The position numbers were made by a program, and so were the translations under genes. The notes beneath the pieces were generated by a model, which made no database searches, had not been told where the DNA came from, and saw only the letters and a list, made by a program, of their open reading frames with translations. 64,000 nt of DNA from an uncultured Dehalococcoidia bacterium (GTDB lineage Bacteria > Chloroflexota > Dehalococcoidia > DSTF01 > JACRBR01). The stretch covers positions 86,883 to 150,882 of the forward strand of contig CAYJMG010000002.1 of the NCBI GenBank assembly GCA_964371355.1, read 5' to 3'. Below are positions 56,675 through 64,000 of this stretch, piece by piece; the first letter of the stretch is position 1; each line of letters begins with the position of its first letter.

Positions 56675-57691
56675 ATGCATACATATCTCAACGGACATCG
56701 GTGGTTGTTTGCGGGCGTGGCCGCCGCCGTGCTGCTGCTCGGGGCGGCGTGCGCGGAAGGCGTCGCCGACAAGGATGCGCCGCCCGGCGAGCCAGGTGGG
56801 ACCACGTCTGGCCCCGGTCCGGCGGCCGATGAATCCATGGGAGATGTCGACTACCGCGGAGAGGACGACGGTTCGAAGGTGGGAGCGCCCCTCGAAGGTA
56901 GCATCGCGACGGACACGAGCAGCGGGGGGTTCGAGAGCGGCGGCACGGGCTCCGCACCGAGCACGCTGCCGTCGACCCTGGACCGCAAGATCATCATGAC
57001 GGCAACCCTGAGCCTGGAGACGGACGAGGTGTCGAAGCGGTTCGAAGACGTGGGGAACATCGCCGCGCAGTACGGCGGGTTCATCTCCAGCTCGGCGTTC
57101 GGGAACGACGAGGATCTGCAGACGGCGTCGATCACGGTTCGCCTGCCTACCGAGAGCTACCAGAACGCGCTCATCGCGCTGCGCAAGCTGGGGGACGTGA
57201 CGGCGGAGCAGTCGAACGCCAGCGACGTTACGGAGGAGTACACGGATCTCGACTCACGGCTGCGCAGCCTGCGGGCGGTAGAGGCGCAATACATCGAGTT
57301 CCTGACGCGCGCGACGACCATCGACGAGATCCTCACGGTGCAGGACCGCCTCAACGCAACGCGCATCGAGATCGAGCAGGTGCAGGGGCGGATCAACCTG
57401 CTGGACAACCAGGCCGACCTGGCGACGATCACGGTGCACCTGGAGCAGCCGGTCGTGGAGCCGGCGCCGAAGACCGACGATGGCAAGACCACGCCGGTGG
57501 AAGCCCTGGAGAACGGCTGGGAGGCGTCGCTAGAGCTGCTGGCGGGCACCGCGGCGGTGGTGCTGGTGGTCGTGGCGTTCTCGTGGTGGCTCGTCCCGGT
57601 GGCCGCTGTCGCACTGTACTTCGTGCGGCGCCAGTCGAAAGCGATGAGAGAGCGACAGGCGGCCTTGCCGCCGCCACCGGCGCCGGCGTGA
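56675..57691 (+). CDS. DUF4349-domain lipoprotein with C-terminal TM anchor
   Basis: Lipobox LLLGAAC. The DUF4349 core starts at LDRKIIMTATLSLE and ends in a coiled-coil. C-terminal TM, then a PPPPAPA tail. Confidence 0.75.
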   Translation: MHTYLNGHRWLFAGVAAAVLLLGAACAEGVADKDAPPGEPGGTTSGPGPAADESMGDVDYRGEDDGSKVGAPLEGSIATDTSSGGFESGGTGSAPSTLPSTLDRKIIMTATLSLETDEVSKRFEDVGNIAAQYGGFISSSAFGNDEDLQTASITVRLPTESYQNALIALRKLGDVTAEQSNASDVTEEYTDLDSRLRSLRAVEAQYIEFLTRATTIDEILTVQDRLNATRIEIEQVQGRINLLDNQADLATITVHLEQPVVEPAPKTDDGKTTPVEALENGWEASLELLAGTAAVVLVVVAFSWWLVPVAAVALYFVRRQSKAMRERQAALPPPPAPA

Positions 57692-57766
57692 CGGTTCTGG
57701 CCGAGGCATGCAGGAGAAGGCGCGGAGCACACCGCGCCTTCTCGATTTCCATGAGCCTGGGCTAAT

Positions 57767-58246
57767 TCAAAAGGTGTCAGAGGCCCAGCCGGACTGCCCG
57801 GGAGCCTCCTCGACGCCGACGGTGATCGACGTCAGGTTCTTGACGCCGTCGAGCCCGAGATCGGCCTTCAGCCGCGCGACGAAGTACTCCGCGAGCCGCT
57901 CGGCCGTCGTGTTGTCGATGGGGAGAGGCAGCACGTCGGCCTTGGGGAAGACGAAGCCGCGCTCGCCGAGGCGCACCTTCCAGTTGCTGGCGCCCTCGTC
58001 GATCTCGAGCAAGGCGCTCTCCCGCTGGAGCAGGAACTTGTGGTCCAGCTCGTCGCAGACGGTCCGGCCGGCCTTCTTGAGGGCGGCGAAGTCGATGACC
58101 CAGGCGTCCTCGGTGAGCGTGCCGGCGACCTCGATGGTGACCGCGTAGTTGTGCCCGTGCAGGGGCTCCATCCGGCCGGCGAACGTGGCCATGTGGGCGG
58201 CGGCGAATCTGAGCCGGACCTTTTCGACGCGGACACGGTACTCCAC
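57767..58246 (-). CDS. 6-pyruvoyl-tetrahydropterin synthase / QueD-family protein
   Basis: FAAAHM and EPLHGHNY motifs of the PTPS fold. Confidence 0.85.
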   Translation of the reverse strand: MEYRVRVEKVRLRFAAAHMATFAGRMEPLHGHNYAVTIEVAGTLTEDAWVIDFAALKKAGRTVCDELDHKFLLQRESALLEIDEGASNWKVRLGERGFVFPKADVLPLPIDNTTAERLAEYFVARLKADLGLDGVKNLTSITVGVEEAPGQSGWASDTF

Positions 58247-58489
58247 ACGCGAAGCCTAGCGAGCCAACCGGTGAGGGCATAGCGAAAAAGGCCGGCACAT
58301 ATGGCGCATATCCTCTTGACACGGTGTCATCTCAGGACAAAGATAGGCCCCTGAAACACTGGTAGCGTGCCGAACCCTGGATACACGGGTTAGGTGAAGT
58401 GTGCTGGGGGGAGCCGGCCCGCATGGGGTCGGCTTGCGTGTTTTCCGGCCGTTCGCGCACTATCCCCGCCGAAGGAAGGCAGGTGGATC

Positions 58490-60478
58490 ATGCGCAGACT
58501 CTTACAGTCCGTGGTCGTCGTCGGCGTGGCGGCCGCCGGGATGTTCGCCGCGGCGACGCCCGTCGTGGGCGAGCCGAGCTTCGGCTCAGACGCGGCCTTG
58601 CCCATTCCCGGGACGGCCTCGGACACGATCCTCGAGCCGGCGCCGGGGTCGCCCGTCCTCGGGCCGGTCCTGCCGCCTCCGGCAACCGTGTACCCGAGCC
58701 TGCTGGCGCCGCTGGTGCCCCCGGGCGCGGGCGAAGTCGACGACTTCTCGTACGGCGATGAGTTCATTTTCGGCGGGCCGCCGTCAATGATCGAGTTCTC
58801 GGTTGGCCCCGGGGCCTTCGGCGCCTCGATCGGGCACCCGGGAGCGCCCGCGCCGCCTCCGCCGCTGTTCGATGTGCGGATCGAAGCGGGCGTAGTTGGA
58901 CCACCGCCGTTTGGCGATGGCAGCGTCGACACGGACATCTTCGCGACCTGGCCCGGCCCAATCCCGGGGCCGACGCCCTGCGCGCCGCTTGGGTTCTCCG
59001 CCAACGTCCAAATCCTCGATGGCGATGGCGCGGCGGGGCCGCCGTACGGGCCGCCGCGGCTGGGCATCAACGCCGCGGAGCCAGGCAGCAACGTCGACGC
59101 CTATGACCGGGGCGACGACACGGTGGTGAATATGGTGCCGGGCGTGCCACTGGAGGCCCCGGTCTTCTTCACGATCGACGCCGCGACGGCGGCCGGCTGG
59201 CCGGCGGGACCGATTCCCGCTCCGGGCGGCGGCGCCGCCGTCCCCGGGCCGGGCGACATCCTTGCCTTCAACCCCGCGTTCGGCGGCCCGGTGATCTGGG
59301 CGACCGCCGGTGCGCTGGGTCTGATCGTGGGCGACGACGTCGACGCGCTCGCCGTGACCTACGTGAGCGGCACGCCCCTGCCGCCGTTCGGGCCCGGCTG
59401 GGACTTCTTGCCCGCGGGCGACGGAATCATGTTCTCGCTGGCCCCTGGCTCACCCTCGCTGGCCCCGACGAGCGGCGGCGCCGCGGCTACGCCCTTGGCC
59501 GGCTGCGCCCCGGGTCCCGTGGCCGGGACTGGCACCGCCGCGGATCTGTGGTTCGTCATGGCGCCGGTGCCGGTCGGCGGCGCCGCGATGTACATCAACG
59601 CCGAGGCGATTGGGCTGGACACCGTGCGCAGCGGAGGCCCCGGCGACGACAACATCGACGCGATCGACATGTGCAACACGATGGTGTTCTCGGACATCGA
59701 CGGCGACTTCATCGACGACGGCTGCGACATGGATATGGACGGCGACGGTACCGGCAACGGGATAGACCCCGACGACGACGGCGATGGGTTCGGGGATCCG
59801 CAGCAGACGCTGCACCGCGGTCCATCGAACGCCGACGCGACGAAGGACAACTGCCCCGCGGTGCCGAACCCGGCGCAGACGAACACCGACGGCAACTTCG
59901 TCGACAACTCGCCGCCGCTGCTGGCCAGCAACGACGATAAGACGTGGCCCAACAGCGACATGTTCGGTGACGCCTGCGACAGCGATGACGACAACGATGG
60001 CATCTCGGACACGGACGAAGGGTCGGGCGCGGCCTGCGCGGGGTTCGTGACGAATCCGCTGGTACGCGACACAGATCTCGACCGCGCGCTCGACGGCGCG
60101 GAGTGCTCCCTGGGCACGGACCCCACGCTGTCGACCAGCAAGCCCACGCAGGCGGCGTGCGGCGCGAACGTTGACTCGGACGGCGACAAGGTGAAGGACT
60201 GGAGCGAGTTCTGCGGGTACAACACCAGCAACGGCAGCACCGACACCGACGGAGACATCGCGCTGGACGGTGCGAAGGACGGCTGTGAGGCGACATCGCT
60301 GAACGGCGACCGCGTCGTGAACTCCGGCGATCAGCTCTTGATGGTGCTGGAGTTCTTGCGGGAACCGTCACCATCACTGCGGTTGCACAGCTACGACATC
60401 AACAAGGATGGTGCCGTGAACTCCGGCGACCAGCTCATCATCGTCGGGTTCATCAGTCCTTCGGGACAGTGCCCGTGA
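58490..60478 (+). CDS. large secreted protein: Pro/Gly-rich N-region, thrombospondin type-3-like Ca-binding repeats, C-terminal type-I dockerin pair
   Basis: Signal peptide MRRLLQSVVVVGVAAAGMFAAATPVVG. Repeated DxDxDGxxDxxD (DIDGDFIDDGCDMDMDGDG, DPDDDGDG, NTDGNFVDN, DSDDDNDGISD). C-terminal NGDRVVNSGDQLLMV and DINKDGAVNSGDQLIIV are dockerin Ca loops. Confidence 0.75.
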   Translation: MRRLLQSVVVVGVAAAGMFAAATPVVGEPSFGSDAALPIPGTASDTILEPAPGSPVLGPVLPPPATVYPSLLAPLVPPGAGEVDDFSYGDEFIFGGPPSMIEFSVGPGAFGASIGHPGAPAPPPPLFDVRIEAGVVGPPPFGDGSVDTDIFATWPGPIPGPTPCAPLGFSANVQILDGDGAAGPPYGPPRLGINAAEPGSNVDAYDRGDDTVVNMVPGVPLEAPVFFTIDAATAAGWPAGPIPAPGGGAAVPGPGDILAFNPAFGGPVIWATAGALGLIVGDDVDALAVTYVSGTPLPPFGPGWDFLPAGDGIMFSLAPGSPSLAPTSGGAAATPLAGCAPGPVAGTGTAADLWFVMAPVPVGGAAMYINAEAIGLDTVRSGGPGDDNIDAIDMCNTMVFSDIDGDFIDDGCDMDMDGDGTGNGIDPDDDGDGFGDPQQTLHRGPSNADATKDNCPAVPNPAQTNTDGNFVDNSPPLLASNDDKTWPNSDMFGDACDSDDDNDGISDTDEGSGAACAGFVTNPLVRDTDLDRALDGAECSLGTDPTLSTSKPTQAACGANVDSDGDKVKDWSEFCGYNTSNGSTDTDGDIALDGAKDGCEATSLNGDRVVNSGDQLLMVLEFLREPSPSLRLHSYDINKDGAVNSGDQLIIVGFISPSGQCP

Positions 60479-60657
60479 GCTAGGAGGACACGTGGCCCGC
60501 GGCTCGCGGGCGCTCACATCGGGCTGAGCGGAGAGGGGCGCGTTGGAGGAGCAGCGTCCCTCTCTTTGTGTGTCCCGTTGTGTGTCCGGTTGTGTGTCCG
60601 GGACGGACGGCGTGTCCGTCCTGTGCGCGGCTGCGGTCGCGGCTGCAATAATGAAGC

Positions 60658-61108
60658 CGTGGCTGTGCACATCTCCGTCCCGATCCTTCCTTCGGCCTCC
60701 GCCCGGCCGCGCTCGCTGCTGATCTACGGCGCGCCGCTTGCCGCGCTGCTGGCCGGGATGGCGGCGGAGTGGTTGGGCTTCCGCGCCCTGCGCCTGCCGC
60801 TACTGCTCATGGTGGGCTTCGGCGTGCTGGCGACGTTGCTGGCGGCGGGTCGGGGCCAGCGCGGCTGGCCGACGTTCGTCGCGGGTGTGGGCATCGGATT
60901 CCTGACGTGGGCCGGGGCGGAGCTGGTGTACGCGATTATCCACCTGGCGACGGGCCAGCGCTTCGATGCCGGGCGCTTCGGGCCGCAGTGGTCGCAGGGC
61001 GTGATGCTCGTGCTGGCGCACGGGCTGTTCCTGGGAGCCCCGACCGGCGTCGTGGCTGGCCTGCTGGCGCATGCGCCGGGTGTGCGTGGACTCGCGGGCG
61101 AGCGATGA
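60658..61108 (+). CDS. hypothetical membrane protein (4 TM)
   Basis: Hydrophobic ORF. Probable GTG start. The stop overlaps the next gene's ATG (ATGA). Confidence 0.45.
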
Positions 61109-61581
61109 TCGAGTTTGAGGAGCGGCCGCAGCTTCCGCTTACGACGCGCCGGAAGGTCCTGGTGGGGATTGGCGCCGCGATGTTCGTCGCACAGCTCGTG
61201 GCGGCGGGGATCCTGGCGGAGCCGACGACCGGCGAAGGCGACGCGAGCGTGGCGATGCTGGCCATGCTGTGGGCCGGGTGCGTGGGCTGGTCCGCGCTCG
61301 CGACACTGCTGCTGGTCCGGCAGGCGGATATCCCGGACGTGTTCACGGCGGCGCTGCTGGTGACGGTATCACCGCTCGCGTTATACGCGCTGGTGGCGGC
61401 CATGGCCGTGCGCGGGACGGAGCAGGAGATGGACGTCGTGAGTGCGATGTTCATGGGGATCACGGCGGGCGCGTTGACCGCTGTGCTGGTGTGGGGCATC
61501 GCGATGGGGATCGCGCGGGCCCTGAAGCTGCCGACGACGGCAGGCCTCGTTGGCGACGCTACGGATGATGCGCGTCCGTGA
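61105..61581 (+). CDS. hypothetical membrane protein (4 TM)
   Basis: ATG at 61105 is translationally coupled to the upstream gene. There are four hydrophobic helices. Confidence 0.5.
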   Translation: MIEFEERPQLPLTTRRKVLVGIGAAMFVAQLVAAGILAEPTTGEGDASVAMLAMLWAGCVGWSALATLLLVRQADIPDVFTAALLVTVSPLALYALVAAMAVRGTEQEMDVVSAMFMGITAGALTAVLVWGIAMGIARALKLPTTAGLVGDATDDARP

Positions 61582-61755
61582 TGCCGCGGGGGGTTCATGA
61601 AGCCGAAACGTAATGATGCCGTGTGATGATTGACAGGCCGGAACCGAGCGATCTAGCCTGAACCCACACCCGTTGCGCCCCCGCGCAACCTTTCCTGCTC
61701 AGTACCGTACTCGTGCCCGGGCGGACGCCGCCCCTTCTGCTCCTGGAGGCCCCGC

Positions 61756-63003
61756 ATGTACGGCACCCTCGCCCTCTCCCACCGCGCGCTGGACGACCTC
61801 TCGGAGGCCGCTGGTCGTGAGTCCATCGACGAGCTGCGGCGGATGGCGCGGCCGCTGGAAGGGCTCCGCGTGCTGAACCTCAGCGTGACAGGCTTCGGGA
61901 CGGGGACGGCCGAGCTGTTGAACTCGTCGGTGCCGCTGCTGAACGACCTGGGGCTGGACGTCCACTGGCAGGTCGTACGCGCATCCGAGGACGCGGCCGC
62001 GATGTCCCGCGCGATGTACCAGGCGTTGGGCGGCACGCCGGTGCAGTGGACTCACGAAATGACGGAGACCTGGCTGCGATACGCGTCGATGAATGCCGAG
62101 CTGCTGACGGAGGACTTCGACTTCATCGTCGTGCACGACCCACAACCGCTCGCCATCCGCTCGTACAGCTCGCCGGAGCTGCGGGCGCGGTGGATCGCGC
62201 ACTGCCACCTGGACCTGTCGTCGGCGCAGGACGACGTCTGGATGCTCCTGCGGTCGCATGTCGAGAAATACGACGCGGCCATCTTCGACGCCGCTACGTT
62301 CTCGCGTGGCGATATCTCCGTCCCGACCCACATCGTCCCGCCCGCGATCGACCCGAACAACGGCCGCAATATGCCGCTGCCGGACGACGTCGTACGGTCC
62401 GTGCTCGAGCAATACGGCATCGATCCGGAGAAGCCGCTTATCTGCCAGGTCACCCCGTGCGACGCGGCGTGCGACCTCGTGGGGGTATACGAGGCGTGGC
62501 GGATGGTCCACGAGCGCCACCCCGACGTCCAACTGCTGATCGTGCTGTTCACCGAGCCGCAGGATTCCAACGCCCGCGCGTGCTTCGACGAGCTGGTGCG
62601 GCTCTCGCTGGCCGATCCCGACGCGTTCGTCGTCACGCCCGGAAACGAGATCGGCAACGTGGAGATCAACGTCTTCCAGACCGCGGCCTCCGTGGTCATG
62701 CAGAAGGGACTTCGGAAGGGCTACGGGATGTGGATCTCGGACGCCCTGTGGAAGCGGCGGCCGTGCGTGGTTGCGGCGGAGCCGGGGCTGCAGGAGCAGG
62801 TGATCCACGGGAAGACGGGCGCGGTGGCGCGGACCACGGAGGAATTCGCGGCGGAGGTCTCGCGGCTGCTGGAAAACCGGGATCTGGCGGCGGAATATGG
62901 GGAGAATGGCCACCGCCACGTCGCTGAGCGGTTCCTCATCACCCGATACTTACGCGACTATCTGGGCATCCTCGACCAGTTGCACAGGAAGAGCGACGGC
63001 TAG
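61756..63003 (+). CDS. GT4-family retaining glycosyltransferase (trehalose-synthase TreT-like)
   Basis: GT-B fold with C-terminal EGFGL-like (RKGYGMW) and NVFQTAASVVMQKGL motifs. Confidence 0.8.
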   Translation: MYGTLALSHRALDDLSEAAGRESIDELRRMARPLEGLRVLNLSVTGFGTGTAELLNSSVPLLNDLGLDVHWQVVRASEDAAAMSRAMYQALGGTPVQWTHEMTETWLRYASMNAELLTEDFDFIVVHDPQPLAIRSYSSPELRARWIAHCHLDLSSAQDDVWMLLRSHVEKYDAAIFDAATFSRGDISVPTHIVPPAIDPNNGRNMPLPDDVVRSVLEQYGIDPEKPLICQVTPCDAACDLVGVYEAWRMVHERHPDVQLLIVLFTEPQDSNARACFDELVRLSLADPDAFVVTPGNEIGNVEINVFQTAASVVMQKGLRKGYGMWISDALWKRRPCVVAAEPGLQEQVIHGKTGAVARTTEEFAAEVSRLLENRDLAAEYGENGHRHVAERFLITRYLRDYLGILDQLHRKSDG

Positions 63004-64000
63004 TGCTTGGTTCGGTCCCGACTACACCCAAGTCCCTGGAGTCCTACCGTCCCGTTATCGGAGACGAGGCCGCCGATGAGATCCGGCGGCTGGGCGCCTC
63101 TCTTCGTGGCGCGCGCGTCCTGCACGTAAACGCGACTGCCTTCGGTGGCGGTGTGGCGGAGATCCTGGGCACGCTGGTGCCGCTGATGAACGACCTTGGC
63201 CTGCAGGCCGACTGGCAGGTCATCAAGGGCGCGGACGAGTTCTTCCACGTCACCAAGGCCATGCACAACAGCCTCCAGGGCATGTACTACGACTGGACGC
63301 CCGAGATGCGGGAAATCTGGTTGAACTACAACCGGCTGAACGCGGACCTGTTCGACGAGTCGTACGACTACGTCGTGATCCACGACCCGCAGCCGGCCGC
63401 GATGCCTTCGTTCATCGAGGAGCGGACGGGCAAGCGCGACGGCAAGTGGATCTGGCGCTGTCACATCGACCTCACGGACGCGCAGGTGCAGGTCTGGGAC
63501 ATGCTGCGGCCGCATGTCCAGCAATACGACGGCGCTATCTTCACGCTGGACCGCTACGTGAAGGACGACCTCTCGGGCCCCCAGGTGTTCGCCGTCCCGC
63601 CGGCCATCGACCCGCTGAGCCCGAAGAACGCCGAGCTGCCGCAGGAGACCGTCGAGGCGATTCTGCGGCGTTACGGCGTCGATCCGGCACGCCCGATGAT
63701 CACCCAGATCTCGCGCTTCGACCCCTGGAAGGATCCGCTGGGTGTCATTGACGTCTACCGCGCGGCGAAAAACGAGTTCCCCGACCTGCAGCTGGTGATG
63801 ATCGCCTCGATGGCGACCGACGACCCGGAGGGCTGGGACTGGTACGAGCGCACCGTGCGGCGCGCGGGGGAGGATTGGGACATCCATATCCTCTCGAACC
63901 TGAACGGCGTGGGTAACGTCGAGGTCAACGCGTTTCAGCGGGCGGCGCGCGTGGTGATCCAGAAATCGGTGCGCGAAGGATTCGGGCTCGTAGTATCGGA
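63003..64000 (+). CDS. GT4-family glycosyltransferase, tandem paralogue (3' end outside window)
   Basis: GTG start overlaps the upstream stop (taGTG). It aligns collinearly with the preceding gene (LHVNATAFGGGVAEIL, NAFQRAARVVIQKSVREGFGL). Confidence 0.75.
   Translation, partial: MLGSVPTTPKSLESYRPVIGDEAADEIRRLGASLRGARVLHVNATAFGGGVAEILGTLVPLMNDLGLQADWQVIKGADEFFHVTKAMHNSLQGMYYDWTPEMREIWLNYNRLNADLFDESYDYVVIHDPQPAAMPSFIEERTGKRDGKWIWRCHIDLTDAQVQVWDMLRPHVQQYDGAIFTLDRYVKDDLSGPQVFAVPPAIDPLSPKNAELPQETVEAILRRYGVDPARPMITQISRFDPWKDPLGVIDVYRAAKNEFPDLQLVMIASMATDDPEGWDWYERTVRRAGEDWDIHILSNLNGVGNVEVNAFQRAARVVIQKSVREGFGLVVS

Noticed and set aside
1-64000. Mobile elements, integrases and prophage genes
   Set aside because: No transposase, integrase, recombinase or phage structural motifs were seen. 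The TA modules are the only mobile-type genes.

Overview
This is a high-GC (about 68-70%) bacterial chromosomal segment, mostly housekeeping genes on both strands. Gene content suggests an actinobacterial or Chloroflexi-type genome; I could not pin the taxon down from sequence alone.

The first 7 kb hold the pyrG 3' end and a roughly 1-kb non-coding region with direct repeats. These sit upstream of an orphan TadE/TadG-like pair and an ECF sigma/anti-sigma pair. Next come a nickel superoxide dismutase module (sodN plus its maturation protease sodX), an M1 aminopeptidase, and an ABC1 kinase. A housekeeping stretch follows: nadD-obg, murA, mreB, greA, rsmD-coaD.

From 42.9 to 55.5 kb there is a nucleotide-sugar/glycan biosynthesis locus. 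It contains a co-linear wbpI-wbpD-wbpE-wbpB-wbpA-like set (predicted UDP-2,3-diacetamido-uronic acid pathway). It also contains a PglF/PglE/PglC-like module.

Three type II toxin-antitoxin modules are present: MntA/HepT at 31.4 kb with a frameshifted toxin, VapBC at 46.5 kb, and an intact MntA/HepT at 55.5 kb. Two of them sit exactly at the glycan-locus module boundaries.

The last 6 kb encode a large secreted thrombospondin-type-3 repeat and dockerin protein, two small membrane proteins, and tandem GT4 glycosyltransferases.

I found no CRISPR, rRNA, transposase or integrase genes. I found no canonical phage-defence system. Several unexplained cis-elements and small Cys-rich ORFs are flagged below. 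All family assignments rest on motif recognition by eye, not database searches.
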